A stretch of 64,000 nt of DNA, from the NCBI GenBank assembly GCA_965230565.1, contig CBDDLH010000016.1, positions 1,948,161 through 2,012,160 on the forward strand, given 5' to 3'. The stretch comes from Saprospiraceae bacterium. GTDB lineage: Bacteria > Bacteroidota > Bacteroidia > Chitinophagales > Saprospiraceae. Positions 21,401-30,950 of this stretch are shown piece by piece. Both the position numbers and the translations under genes were made by a program. The notes under the pieces were generated by a model. That model was not told the DNA's origin. It made no database searches and saw only the letters and a list, made by a program, of their open reading frames with translations. Every line of letters begins with the position of its first letter. Positions within the stretch are counted from its first letter, which is position 1.

Positions 21401-24400
21401 TCATTCATCAACGGTGAATTAACCATAAAGGCCACTGAATCTATAGTTACTTTTACTGTGTCGGATACTGCAGGACAAGCCCCGCCTGGATTATCGGTCA
21501 CCAGAACAAAGTTTAACATGGAAGCATGCTCTGAAACCGCAGGAGTATATGTCGCATCCGCAGCAAATAAATCAACTCCGCTGAAACTTCCTGCACCCGG
21601 ACCTGGTGTTATTGACCAGGTACCTGTAGTAGCTGTTCCGTCTACCATACCATCCAAGACAATATCATCTCCGGCACAAATACTGAAATCAGCTCCTGCG
21701 TCAACCGTAGGTCCCGGGTTTACGTATAAAGCGAACAATGAAACTACTTCATTGCACACACCAAGACTAACTCTGAGTCTGAACAGGTAATTGTCATATG
21801 ATAAAGGTAAATCCATCAATGTCAATCTGCTGGAATGAGTGGCCATTCCTGTCAATGCAGGAGAGGTAATATTACCCAATCCACTGGCATCGTTCCAGGT
21901 AGAACCACCATTGGAAGAATATTCCCAGGTAGCTGTCGGAATTGACATGTCATGTGGTTTACTTATATATTGAACTGTAAAGTTCGTGTTGGTTCCTTGA
22001 CATTTATTCCTGATAAGAGAAGCCGGTATTTCGCTGTCAACGATTACCGCATCGATGGAAACATCCATCATATCTACCCCTGCAGGGCATGGACCGGCCG
22101 GGTTATCAGTTGTCAAGGTTAAGGTAACCACTGTTCCATAATCATCTGGATGTGGAATATATGTAGCGTTTAAAGTTGTCTCATTTGGCACAAAACTTCC
22201 CATACCGGATGTTGTCCAGGTTCCAGAAGTGGCTACACCACCAATAGTTCCTGAAAGAGAAACATTTTCTCCACCGCAAATCGTTTGATCATCACCAGCA
22301 TCTGCCCAAGCGGATTCATTTACCTGAAGAGTGAATACATCACTGGTATCAGTACATGTTCCCGCAACAAAAACGGCTCTGTAAGTATAACCATCTATGC
22401 CCATAGGCACATTGGTGAGGTTCAATTGCGTATTTCCTCCCGGTGTTGTCAGAGAATACAAAGGATCCGGGAAAGTAATATCCATAAATCCAGCTCCTCC
22501 GTCTACCTGCCAGGTAACTGTTGCAGGATTAGTAGGCGAGCTCGTATAATTTACTCTAAAGTTGGAATTGTCACCTTCACACTCAATTCTTGATAGAGAA
22601 GCAGGGCTATGACTGGTAATTTCCAGATAATCAATGGTGATATCAACCGTATCCATTTCTGCAGGACAGGTGGTGAATGCCGGTGGCGTATCACTGGTCA
22701 AAATAAGGGATACCACAGTTCCATAATCTGCCATACTTGGCTCATAAACAGCATTGAGGGTTGTCGCATCAGGGTTAAAGGTACCTGATCCGGAAGTTGA
22801 CCATGTTCCTCCCGTTACTGTTCCTGAAACGGAACCGTTCAACTGGAAAGTAGGACTATCGTCAGAACAAGCAGACTGATCCATACCAGCATCAACTACT
22901 GTAGCAGGGTGTATGGTTACAAGAATATCATCGGTAGTTGGAGGGCAAACTCCAACCGGATCATTAGTCATCAAACTAAGCGTAACCATTCCGGCAGCAA
23001 CATCACCCGGGCCAGGGAAATAGGTTGCACCGAGGAAATCATTCGGATCATCGAAAAATCCGTCTCCGCTGGTTGACCAGGTTCCTGTTGAAATTCCAGG
23101 GCCGCTGACCGATGGAGTTCCCGTAGCTACTGTGTAATTATCTCCTTCACAGATATGTGCATCAGGACCTGCATCTGCAATAGCTGGAAGATCCGGACTT
23201 ACGGAGAAGGTAGCCGGTTCGGTAAATATATTGGAACAACTTTCCTGATTGATCCTGCATCGGATGTCCACACTGGAACCCGGATTAGGCCATACAGGAA
23301 AATCTGCATTGGTTACAGTAAGCGTAGTCAAATTAAACCCGGCAACAGTATTAGGTACGTTGGTCCAGCCACCGCCATTGTTATACTGCCATCTGTAGTT
23401 AATCGTTCCTGATCCTGTTGTTGCCGCCACCGTAAAGGTAGTATCAGCGGTGCTTGCACAAAGATCAATCACATTTTCAGGATGCATAGTGATCGAAGCA
23501 GGTCCGTTGACATACAATTCAAATACTTCGGAAGTAACCGTACAGGTACCTGCAATAATGGTAACTCTGAAGAGGGAACCATCCAGTGTATTATCAACTG
23601 TCATCAGATCCAATCTACTCTGACCGGCTGAATTAGAAACCGAATATGTTGCACCGCTGGTCAAATCGGCAATCGGTGCCCAGGGGCTGCCGCCTGTTGA
23701 AAATTCCCAGCTGATGGAAGAGTAAGGTTCTGTGGAAGAAAAGTCTACATTAAAGAAGGTATCGTCCATTTCACAAATGACCCTATCACCAGCATTATTG
23801 GTATTTCCCGGATCGTGGTCATCAATATCCAGTTCATCAACGGTAACCATAATGATGTCTGAAGCTGCCGGGCAGGCACCGTTGGCGTTTGTCGTTAATG
23901 TAATAGGAAATGTTCCTGAATTGGAAGACATGGAAGGATCGAAGAATGTATTGAGCGAAGAAGGGCTGTCAATACCACCACCGCCGCCGCTCCAGGTTTG
24001 GGAGAAAACCACACCATTCACAGTTCCATTCAAGTTGAGCAGGGCATCCTGGCAAATAGTTGCTGTAGCAGGGCCTGCATCAACGGTTGGATTAATATCC
24101 AGATTCAATGTTGCGGAATTGGTGTACTGAACTGCACAAGTAGGAATTCTGATCCGGCATCTGACCTGAACACCAGAACCAGCGGCCGGCCAAAAACTAT
24201 CGGTATTAGAAATGGTTACCTCGTCGGTATTCCATCCCGTAACGGAGTTTGGCATAAAACTCCAGCTGGAGCCGTTCCAGTACTGCCAGCGATACTCAAC
24301 TGTTCCTCCTGCTCCCCCAGCACTAGCTGACACATCAAAAGAAGCATCGGAAGCAGTTTCACAAATCGTTTGAGAGGATGGATGATCCACAATAACAATA

Positions 24401-24762
24401 GGACCATTCAAATCAAGGGTAAATACACTTGAAGTCTCGACACAACTTCCAGAGAATTGCACCCGGAAAAGATAACCATCCATCATCACATCAGGTGACA
24501 GGAGGTTAAGGCGAGTTGATGCCTCTGCAAAATTGTTGTTAATGTTATGCGAGATAGGACTTGAACTCACCGGGAGCCAGGTACCACCTGCATTGGGAGA
24601 ATACTCCCAGGTAATCGTAGGGTTACTTGGTTGCGGGGTAAAATCAACCTTCAAGAAGGTAAATTCGTCCACACAATCGGTTTTTACCAATGATGATGGA
24701 TCATAATCGGTAATACATTGCGCGGAAGCAAAATGACTTCCCAGCATAAATAAAGCAAGCAT
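15442..24762 (-). CDS. Giant (about 3,100 aa) repetitive cell-surface adhesin-like protein with SprB-like repeats and a DUF11-like C-terminal domain
   Basis: A single 9.3-kb ORF. The probable start is MLALFMLGSHFASAQ (signal peptide). It carries at least 12 copies of a [VI]DAGxDxx[IV]C motif and recurring YxWQY..GGxW modules. The C-terminus (VFLIQNIGNDDTNSPVSFVINVPSETV) resembles the DUF11 'conserved repeat domain'. No canonical type-A T9SS C-terminal domain is seen. Confidence 0.75.
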   Translation of the reverse strand: MLALFMLGSHFASAQCITDYDPSSLVKTDCVDEFTFLKVDFTPQPSNPTITWEYSPNAGGTWLPVSSSPISHNINNNFAEASTRLNLLSPDVMMDGYLFRVQFSGSCVETSSVFTLDLNGPIVIVDHPSSQTICETASDASFDVSASAGGAGGTVEYRWQYWNGSSWSFMPNSVTGWNTDEVTISNTDSFWPAAGSGVQVRCRIRIPTCAVQYTNSATLNLDINPTVDAGPATATICQDALLNLNGTVNGVVFSQTWSGGGGGIDSPSSLNTFFDPSMSSNSGTFPITLTTNANGACPAASDIIMVTVDELDIDDHDPGNTNNAGDRVICEMDDTFFNVDFSSTEPYSSISWEFSTGGSPWAPIADLTSGATYSVSNSAGQSRLDLMTVDNTLDGSLFRVTIIAGTCTVTSEVFELYVNGPASITMHPENVIDLCASTADTTFTVAATTGSGTINYRWQYNNGGGWTNVPNTVAGFNLTTLTVTNADFPVWPNPGSSVDIRCRINQESCSNIFTEPATFSVSPDLPAIADAGPDAHICEGDNYTVATGTPSVSGPGISTGTWSTSGDGFFDDPNDFLGATYFPGPGDVAAGMVTLSLMTNDPVGVCPPTTDDILVTIHPATVVDAGMDQSACSDDSPTFQLNGSVSGTVTGGTWSTSGSGTFNPDATTLNAVYEPSMADYGTVVSLILTSDTPPAFTTCPAEMDTVDITIDYLEITSHSPASLSRIECEGDNSNFRVNYTSSPTNPATVTWQVDGGAGFMDITFPDPLYSLTTPGGNTQLNLTNVPMGIDGYTYRAVFVAGTCTDTSDVFTLQVNESAWADAGDDQTICGGENVSLSGTIGGVATSGTWTTSGMGSFVPNETTLNATYIPHPDDYGTVVTLTLTTDNPAGPCPAGVDMMDVSIDAVIVDSEIPASLIRNKCQGTNTNFTVQYISKPHDMSIPTATWEYSSNGGSTWNDASGLGNITSPALTGMATHSSRLTLMDLPLSYDNYLFRLRVSLGVCNEVVSLFALYVNPGPTVDAGADFSICAGDDIVLDGMVDGTATTGTWSITPGPGAGSFSGVDLFAADATYTPAVSEHASMLNFVLVTDNPGGACPAVSDTVKVTIDSVAFMVNSPLMNEVCHGELNQMFLMDFRSYPDTLLPTWQYSVDNGSNWLAVVETNPVTTFDIDTIPGVPYATTKLTIDTVTTDMDGYLFRTVFMEGACAPVISDVFSLQVNGPITITSQPVDIIDECQSTDFVVFEAMVDNPGSGTLTYQWQKSSTGTGGWSPVAESPGVTEGTATNALTVFNAGFPLPAPDSIYYRLRIQLAECTPPNVFSDVAKFKVSDDPIPTSSAGGPYSWCEGTPLMPVMGMFGGSATSGSWSTLGDGTFDDPNASMTNYNPGPMDLASATAQGASGHVVKLIFTTNDPANNVCPPAVDTADFTIYPMTIVDAGQDQSLCNDPAPQFQLAGMVSGTVSMGSWSQIDGSMMGTFSPGVTDLDAVFTPHMSDYGSTIQVELLSATPSGMTGCMVARDTVALTIDTLGITGNSNLNPTAFCELTGSTFFRVNYVSNPDPDPADVEWQVDLGGGFEDVTTAMVLVDGMPTAIDYSVNTTGTQTRLDILSAPAELDGAQFRAVLTSGACTETGPIFTLSVNEEVTVDPGMYDPICAGDVIALDGMISGGVTTGTWSAGGGTFTPDAMTLNATYEPTPAEIAAGSVTLTLQSDTPAGPGGCPAASDMVTVNIDSLVINENIPATFVRNVCQGTNTTFRIDYTSKLAGVPAAATVSWEYSDDSGASWYDADVNNGGIGTIGSPAPNGFSTHASRLLVEDIPISYNDYLIRVTLDLGACENVSSMFALYVTPGPTVDAGEDITICAGENVMLDGTVGGSATTGTWSWIGTMPPSMIMPGTISGVDLFNADATYTPSTDEYGKVIYLKLTTDNPGGACPAMMDTIAVQIDLLTIDAYNPASLARTECAGDSEFFQVDYTSSPGMQSPVWESSSNGVDWTPVSGPDYSVDNSTPGETRLNIPVVSNAMNGLMYRAVFSDGNCAPLISNEFTLTVNGPVTITQQPVSITGICESTESVQFMADAMNGGEGTMTYLWQYSMDGISGWTPITEVMGDAEGVSTGTLTLYNTWTMWPGLGGNIYLRMRVSLNACSQVTTDVVELSIAPDVPAMVSAGSDDAICEGETYTLGALLFGSATSGTWSTSGDGTFDNPGFPGATYTPGPGDLGNAQAAGPAGYVVTLTFTSNDPVPNICPADSDDMELTIFPFIDVDAGVDVNVCIDGTQNDPILLNGFVTGAVTGGTWSPGAGILNTGDPQTIYTPTNGHVNNGFRRLILTSDPHMVCPTVRDTMFVYFNDDFGPLDYTPGGGVAGTRTVCNGDDTSFRVIHGTTPVTNVQWQYNAGSGWINVNDVSTPLTGVNLFSVSSPSPGGNFATQLNLEGVTPAVHNYQFRAMLENGECATTSDAFTLFVNGDIGAITVPDDVIVCESVTTQSFMASVAASGNGTLVYQWQYSENSAMGPFLNVPGAGATGETTLNLMLTAASAAYPTVGTTVYLRLQVELEGCTTAYSDPIEFGVESAATVYAGVDQTICEGEIALMASAFYGGAASSVTWTTSGDGSFDDPTEILAIYTPGPMDISSGMVTLTVTTNDPQGAECDPVSDDMILTIDPAATVDAGEDMDICVDNLPIQLDGSFGGAATSASWSGGLGSFSPSPSTLNATYDPHPSEVGTIVSLTLTTNDPGTACGPVSDNVLINIGPGVVINSYVPASMERTICYGGNTTFRVNTDPTFLAVHDWMYSFDGFTWFDNFNDLGFATYIESGFDDYTELELGGGMPNIPGDIMYVRVNILDRGCDLTSSIFTLNINGPTGWDLQPADQTICHDEALASFTATPFNDGAGTFTFQWQYDNGGGWTDVPASVAGYNTNTLFLTPAASFWPGVGGTVDLRLNATIDECGTITTEVVVFEVEQCAFTELTTIFAMDGSSFTQGQSRDGVFLIQNIGNDDTNSPVSFVINVPSETVMTNMIDPMATTANVFGGVAVNNDDWNITPIPIGYLIESKAGVVIPGNGGISVIGINFTAVGAPNSQGVIRGFLQTGTAGDVDPGNNSTSVGFIIN

Positions 24763-25729
24763 GAGGAAACCCGGCCATTTTTTTACAGCTCGCCAGGCTT
24801 CTTCGTTTCCGGAGTTCCGTAGAAACTGCCGGCCGGAAGAATCGTACTTCCGCGAAGGGTTTCTATTCTCCCCTCCAGAAGGTTCGGGAAAATTTGAAGT
24901 AGAAGTGTAGTACAGCATATTTAAAAGGTTTTTAGAATTTATGGACAGCGAACGGGAAAAGCCAAAATTTCAAGTGTGTTAGCTAATGTTAACTGTTTTT
25001 TCTCATGTATGAAAAAATGGATATAGTGCTTAAAAGCTCTACCCCTCCAAGCTTACGCTAGAAAAAATCAATCGGATTTGAAAAACCCAGGTATGATTCA
25101 TTTTTTTAGAAAAACTCTTTCGTCCATAATGGTTTAATAAATATGTTCTGGTTAAAATATTTCAACTTTGTTTAGTTCTCTGGTCATTAAGGAGTCATGT
25201 CAATTTCGTTGGGGGATTCTGATCATTAGACTCTTTTGGGTAATCCGCTTAATAGGTTTGTCGGTGAATTTTTCTAAAAAATGTTGTTCGGTGTTAAGAG
25301 GTAATATCCGTAAAACAAAAATACCTTCCCGTCGGTAAGACGGTAGTAATGTGTTTTGAATAGCCTCTTTTTGAAAATGAAATTGAAAGGAAGTTTGTCA
25401 ATTGCGAAACTGGCAAAGACTGGGAGGTCTTTATGCCTTTCCATAGTGACAATTGCTTAAGGTTGTATTGCATTTTTAATTGGGGATAAGGGATTAACTT
25501 TTTAAAATCGGTTTAACAGTAACTGTTATAAGTAACAAAAGTATAAAAAAAAAACATGCAGCGCATGGTTTTACCCCAGAATTTGTGGATTTATGGCAAG
25601 AAAATTCCACCGCTTAATATTGATTTGGAAAGTCATTTGCTGACGTTCAGCATTTTAAGAAAAAAAAAGATTAAACGAACTGGAATCAAAACCGTAAATC
25701 ATCCTCAACAACAAGAGGGATTAATACAT

Positions 25730-25758
25730 AAAAAAAAGCGCTAATGTCAGCGCTTTTG
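25730..25758 (-). terminator. Rho-independent terminator of the giant ATPase gene
   Basis: On the minus strand the hairpin AGCGCT-gacatt-AGCGCT is followed by T8. It lies about 150 nt after the stop at 25913. Confidence 0.7.
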
Positions 25759-25912
25759 ATATCATTATTTCCTTCTGGAAAAAGTGATTTTCCTATTCTG
25801 ATCCACTATTTCATATTAAAAAAAATATTATCAGAAAAAATCAAAAATTGAAATGATCAGGAACCAATATCCGTCCAACATCCCGAGTACCACTGCTTGT
25901 CACCCCGGGACG

Positions 25913-28900
25913 TTATTCATTCTTTTTCCCGTTAAAAGCAATCTTATCCCTGATTTCCTTCAGATGATTGTTGAAAAATTGCATTTCCAAAACCAAAGGA
26001 GCCAATGGGTTTTGTTCACCGGCACCGTGAAGCATTTTGCCCTTATTGAAGGTTTCCAAAATGTTATGCCACCTGTCTGCCTCTTCCTTACTTTGCCATC
26101 CCAGCATCATTTTAAATTTCAACAAATTGGCCTCCCCATCTGAACTCAATGTCTGTCCTTCGGAAACATAATGTGACAAAATCAATTCCTTCAGCTCTTC
26201 TTCATTCATCAAAGGAGATAACTTTTCGGACAGCTTATTCATATTTCTGTAGGAACCCTGCAACTTAAAAGCAGGTTCTTCCCGGTAAGCTTCCGTAATC
26301 ATCGCCGAGCGAATATATTCCCTGTTGACAGCCAAGACAACATCCCTTACCTCAAGCATTTTGCTCAAAACCTTCAAAGCATCATCCAATTCTTCTGCAG
26401 AATGATCTGCTTCAAATTCGACACCGGACTCCTCCCCTGTTTCAGCCAGACGAATCAGGGTTGCTATATCCTGGGTACTCTTCCTGGCAATCTGCTGAAG
26501 ATGCACATTGGAAGTTACCGCATTTTCCAGATAACTCAACCGGAAAACCTCTTCGGCATTTCCTGCCATATCCCCAAGATTGTATACATCCGATCGGTTG
26601 GCCAACATATCAGGCACCTGGAACTGCTCTCCGGATTCCGTATATGGATTTCCGGCCATAACCACACAAACCCGCTTTCCGCGAAGGTCATAAGTCTTAC
26701 TTTGCCCCTGCCAAACACCTTCTACCTTCCGCTGGGCATCACATAGAGCAATAAACTTCTGTAACAACTCAGGGTTGCAATGCTGAATGTCATCGAGATA
26801 AATCATGACATTATCTCCCATTTCAAAAGCCAGGTTTAACTTTTGCAGCTCCTGTTTTGAAGCTCTGTCCTGCGCTGCATCAGGGTCCAATGTTGTTACA
26901 TGGTGACCAATCGCCGGACCATTGATTTTCATAAATGCCAACCCAAGCCGGTCAGCTACGTACTCCATCAAGGTTGTTTTACCGTAACCCGGAGGAGAGA
27001 TGAGTAACAACATACCCATTCTGTCAGTCCTTGAGCCTTCTCCGGCTGTTCCCATCTGTTTAGCCAGGTTGTCACCAAACAAGGGGAGGTAAACCCTGTC
27101 GATCAACTGGTTCCTAACAAAAGTTGACAAGACCTGAGGTTTAAATTCTCCAAGTCTTAATTCCTTACGGAAAGCTTCTGAAACCGTTCTTTTGTTTTCC
27201 TGAAAACTCCGGAAAAGGGGAACTACAGTTTCTTCATAATTCTTCAATTTGTCAACGAACTCATGAAAATCGAATTCATAAGCACCATCCCGGATCAGAC
27301 GATGTTCCCCTCGCAGGTTCTTTATTTCAAAGCTGGCAGAAACATCCACCACCCTCTCCTGCTCCTTCTGACCGAAGTACAATAACGCAGTTACCTCATC
27401 CAGGTAAAACATCAAATCTTCTGATTGCTCCTGAACCAGAAAAGACTGCACCCATTGCCGGATTGCCATATACTTTTCCTCCGGATTTCCATCCAATGAT
27501 TTGATGGCCTCCGAAAAACGGGTTTTGACCTCCTGTTTTTTCAAATAGGATTCAAATCTTTTCGTCAGATCAACCGCCACCTTACTTTTTACATAATCAT
27601 CCTTACAACTTAGTTCTCTAAAAAGGTATTCGGCCATTTGCTCAACGGAACCATCAACAGGGAAACCATAATTTTCAGACACTTTTCTCAGAATGGTTGT
27701 AAGGTCCTCTTTGAGGGCATCAAAAGCTGTACTTTCAGGAAATACAGTCAGTACCTGGCCGGCATTTTTAAGTTGTTTCCCAAGTGTATCTTTAACCGGG
27801 TCATCAAGTAGATCTTCCCAGAACAGCCTTGCCAAAGCTCTGATGCCGGGGTTAATGGTCAAAAGTCCCATTTCCGTTTCCAGGCGGATCAATTGTTCCA
27901 GGATCATTCCGGCATCTTCATCGTGCACCCCTTTGGTGTACCCTTCTTCAAATTTTGAAGCAGCCTGTTTCCTCACCCACTCAGACAACTGACCATTGTC
28001 TTCCGGACGATCTTCTTCATTATTGAATAATTGCCAGGCCAGATATTCACCGCGATAAATATTTTGATTTTCGGAAACGAATTCCTGGTCCCAAACAGAT
28101 GCAGAAGTTTCCAATATTTCTGACTCAATGATTTGATAGAAATCCGTCCCCGTCAGGTGATAATTCAACATTTTATCTCTGACCACAGTGGTCAATTCCA
28201 AAGGCTGAACATTCACATTAAAGTGGTGTTGCCCAAGTTTGATGATATTTTCACCATCGACAAAAAGATCCTGCTTGTCCCTCAATTGGCGAATAGCATC
28301 TTCCCGTGCAGTATTGAGTTTATTTTGCAGGGCATCAGCTTTTCCGCTGCTGTCCATTTCATGCAACTGCTGGATGAGGTCCCTCACCTTATCGATCATA
28401 AGGTCACTGGCGAAAAAACCATTGATCTCTTCCATTTCCCGGAATTTCGCCACCCGATTACCAACAGCTACCAAAATTCGTTCTCCTGCATTTTCAAGAG
28501 CCGTGATGCGTTTACTTTTCTTTTCGACAATACCTTTTTTCCTGCCCTCGAAGGCATTAAAAACAGTTTCCCGCTTTTCCGATAAAATGGTCACGAAAGC
28601 ATCGAACTCAGCAAATTTGCTCTCCAGTTCCTCCAGTTGAACCATGAGTTTACTGAGATATTCATCACACTTTTCCTCTGTATCGGCGAGATCCAGGTAG
28701 TTGATGATCCCTTGTTCCAGCAACTGCAGTTGTGCATTGAATTCTGCGGAGGATTCTGTACGCATGAGCCCCTTACGCTTTTGACGCACTGCAACTCTGA
28801 AATGATTGATATCTGCAAAGAGTGCGGAAATGCTTTCAATGATCCTGGTTGTCTGCGTTGCATCACTGATTTTCAGATTACTGACGATATCTATGAGCAT

Positions 28901-30769
28901 TTCCAGGTTTCCGGAAAGTTGGTCTATTCCTTCCAGCAACTCATCTGCTCCGGCAACTGTTTGTATTTTTTCTATGCTTTGCTTTAAAGTAGTCACTTCC
29001 TCTCTGTAGGGAGTGAGCGCTTCCTCCTGCAACAGAAAATCAACACAGGACTCAGAGAGTTTTTCATTTTGAACACGCACCTTTTCCTCCATGGAATCTA
29101 TCAGTTCCATATCGGCATATCTCAACGATTTTAACCCAATGATTTTAGCTCTTAGCGTTCGCAAGTCAGCCAGGAAATTTACGTACTGGGTAATCTCTGA
29201 AAAGGAGGTCAGTTGAATTTCCTTAACTAATTTGTCAGCAATTTCTTTGGTCGTCCCAATAGATTCGGCTGTATTTGACTGAACCCTGTTCTTTTTTTCA
29301 AACTCCTCAATAGCCGTATTGGCGATCTCACGAACCTGCTGCAAGGACTGATCCAGTTGAAAAGCCTCTTCGTTGCCCAGCCAGTAATAAGCATCCAACA
29401 CCTCACCGGCTTTGGAAGTAATATCATCGTAAAGCCCAAGGTAACTATCCTGTTTTTGGCAAAGGGAAAGTAATTCATGCACATCAGCCATAGCTCTGAC
29501 GATATCCTTATTGCCCACCTTGAAGAGAAAACTTCCGTTCTTACCGGCCAGAGTTTGCTCACCTTTAGTAAAAGGAGTTTGCCAGATCTGAATGGTGTGA
29601 TGTTTTACTGCTTCAGCTTCTGCCTTAAAATAACACAACTCGCCATTAGGGAATAAGGTATACCCATTACATAAAATAGGGGTACTCACCTCCCTGGTGA
29701 TCAGATTGTAATGCAAAAGGACGTATGTTCCCTTTTCCACATTATAAAAAACATACAGAAAATCCTCTCCGTTGGAAGAAGTGATCCTGCGTTCGAATTT
29801 TTTCTTTTGGATAGGAGCTTCGAAAATCTTGTGTTCCCCTGTTTGCAAATAGTATCCGTTGGCGAAAATGAGTCCCTGATCTTCCGGAAGCAACACTCCG
29901 CTATCCTCGAGCGCATTTACGCGGGTTACTTCCTGGTTTTTATCATTAAAAATGAAAAACCGGGCAGTCTCCTGATAGGGTTTGATCTTTAAAGCTATGA
30001 GATTTCCCAAATCTGCAAAATGGTACTCTCCGTCATCGAGTGTCTGATCTTCAAATTCGACGGTCTCGCTGTAGATTCCCATTCCACTACCTGTATTATC
30101 TTCAACCTTTATAGTGAGGTCTCCACCTACGGTTTCCACAAAACATCTGTCCAAAATAGAAACATGAGGGTGGCGTCCATTGCGCTGCATATCTCTACCT
30201 GCTTCCACCCAGCGGAACTCGAATTGTTCGGGAAAACGTACTTCCTGCTCCGAGCGGGCATCGATATACTTCAGAGCACCATCCAGGATGAGCCACTTGA
30301 AAGCCTTTATGTCTTCCGGTTTATCCGAAACCTGGAATACCATATATAAATAGGTATCCAAACGTATAAACCGGGAGAATATAGCATTTTTATAATAACG
30401 ATAAAGGTTCTTAAAATCAGTCCGGAATTTTTCATCATCGATCAGCCCCATGCCGGTTTGGTGGAAACCGTGATCCTTAAATTCATAAATACTGAAAACA
30501 TCCTGAAGGTTGATGCCTTTACGCAGGCCGATGTGTACATTATAACCAAAGATGCAATGCTGTCCAATGGCTTCAATATCTCTAGCCGTGCAATAGTATT
30601 CCGTATGAATCCGGTCTGATGCGATGAGGGTAGTTTCAATATTGCCAAATACCTGCCGGCGGGCCTGGTTGAGATGCTGCAGTCGCTCTCTAAGATCAGC
30701 GGATTGCTGATCCAGGCGATTCCTTATGATCTCGTAGGTTCCGGTTTCGAGTTGTTGGTTTGTGGACAT
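25913..30769 (-). CDS. Giant (about 1,620 aa) AAA+ ATPase of unknown function (single AAA_5/MoxR-dynein-like module near residues 1150-1350, long coiled-coil-rich N-terminal region)
   Basis: Walker A LLISPPGYGKTTL, Walker-B-like VMIYLDDIQ and a sensor-1-like VCVVMAGNPYTESGE are present. About 1,100 aa N-terminal to the ATPase lack recognisable domains. The start is probably MSTNQQ (the ORF track extends to 30838). Confidence 0.6.
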   Translation of the reverse strand: MSTNQQLETGTYEIIRNRLDQQSADLRERLQHLNQARRQVFGNIETTLIASDRIHTEYYCTARDIEAIGQHCIFGYNVHIGLRKGINLQDVFSIYEFKDHGFHQTGMGLIDDEKFRTDFKNLYRYYKNAIFSRFIRLDTYLYMVFQVSDKPEDIKAFKWLILDGALKYIDARSEQEVRFPEQFEFRWVEAGRDMQRNGRHPHVSILDRCFVETVGGDLTIKVEDNTGSGMGIYSETVEFEDQTLDDGEYHFADLGNLIALKIKPYQETARFFIFNDKNQEVTRVNALEDSGVLLPEDQGLIFANGYYLQTGEHKIFEAPIQKKKFERRITSSNGEDFLYVFYNVEKGTYVLLHYNLITREVSTPILCNGYTLFPNGELCYFKAEAEAVKHHTIQIWQTPFTKGEQTLAGKNGSFLFKVGNKDIVRAMADVHELLSLCQKQDSYLGLYDDITSKAGEVLDAYYWLGNEEAFQLDQSLQQVREIANTAIEEFEKKNRVQSNTAESIGTTKEIADKLVKEIQLTSFSEITQYVNFLADLRTLRAKIIGLKSLRYADMELIDSMEEKVRVQNEKLSESCVDFLLQEEALTPYREEVTTLKQSIEKIQTVAGADELLEGIDQLSGNLEMLIDIVSNLKISDATQTTRIIESISALFADINHFRVAVRQKRKGLMRTESSAEFNAQLQLLEQGIINYLDLADTEEKCDEYLSKLMVQLEELESKFAEFDAFVTILSEKRETVFNAFEGRKKGIVEKKSKRITALENAGERILVAVGNRVAKFREMEEINGFFASDLMIDKVRDLIQQLHEMDSSGKADALQNKLNTAREDAIRQLRDKQDLFVDGENIIKLGQHHFNVNVQPLELTTVVRDKMLNYHLTGTDFYQIIESEILETSASVWDQEFVSENQNIYRGEYLAWQLFNNEEDRPEDNGQLSEWVRKQAASKFEEGYTKGVHDEDAGMILEQLIRLETEMGLLTINPGIRALARLFWEDLLDDPVKDTLGKQLKNAGQVLTVFPESTAFDALKEDLTTILRKVSENYGFPVDGSVEQMAEYLFRELSCKDDYVKSKVAVDLTKRFESYLKKQEVKTRFSEAIKSLDGNPEEKYMAIRQWVQSFLVQEQSEDLMFYLDEVTALLYFGQKEQERVVDVSASFEIKNLRGEHRLIRDGAYEFDFHEFVDKLKNYEETVVPLFRSFQENKRTVSEAFRKELRLGEFKPQVLSTFVRNQLIDRVYLPLFGDNLAKQMGTAGEGSRTDRMGMLLLISPPGYGKTTLMEYVADRLGLAFMKINGPAIGHHVTTLDPDAAQDRASKQELQKLNLAFEMGDNVMIYLDDIQHCNPELLQKFIALCDAQRKVEGVWQGQSKTYDLRGKRVCVVMAGNPYTESGEQFQVPDMLANRSDVYNLGDMAGNAEEVFRLSYLENAVTSNVHLQQIARKSTQDIATLIRLAETGEESGVEFEADHSAEELDDALKVLSKMLEVRDVVLAVNREYIRSAMITEAYREEPAFKLQGSYRNMNKLSEKLSPLMNEEELKELILSHYVSEGQTLSSDGEANLLKFKMMLGWQSKEEADRWHNILETFNKGKMLHGAGEQNPLAPLVLEMQFFNNHLKEIRDKIAFNGKKNE

Positions 30770-30795
30770 GGGTATGATTGATAATTTTGAATTAT

Positions 30796-30890
30796 TGTTT
30801 GAGTTTGGGTGGTGTGAGGGCGCGGAGTTTAACCGCAAAGGGCGCTAAGGTTGCGCAAAGTACACAAAGACTTATGGGCGCAATAGATGT
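30796..30890. promoter_or_regulatory. CGCAAWG/AACCGCAAAG repeat element in the promoter region of the giant ATPase gene
   Basis: The sequence is tgtttgagtttggg...gtttaaccgcaaagggcgctaaggttgcgcaaagtacacaaagacttatgggcgcaatag. It shares its 5' part (tttga[cg]tt..gtttaaccgcaa) with the elements at 48126 and 62770. Confidence 0.45.
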
Positions 30891-30950
30891 AGGCTTACGG
30901 GCAAGGTAAATTACCCTGCCCGGCCTTGTCTACACCTTTTTGTCAAACTT

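Noticed and set aside
15449-24407. Many 60-230-aa antisense or out-of-frame ORFs inside the 9.3-kb adhesin gene (and likewise 49823-55159 inside the PKD gene, 26402-30349 inside the ATPase gene)
   Set aside because: They are embedded in long, domain-rich ORFs on the other strand or frame, and they lack starts, signals or motifs. They are typical noise in long repetitive genes.
25556-25744. 62-aa K-rich plus-strand ORF ending at the terminator hairpin
   Set aside because: The composition is poly-Lys/low-complexity. Its end coincides with the A-run of a minus-strand terminator, and there is no RBS or promoter context.
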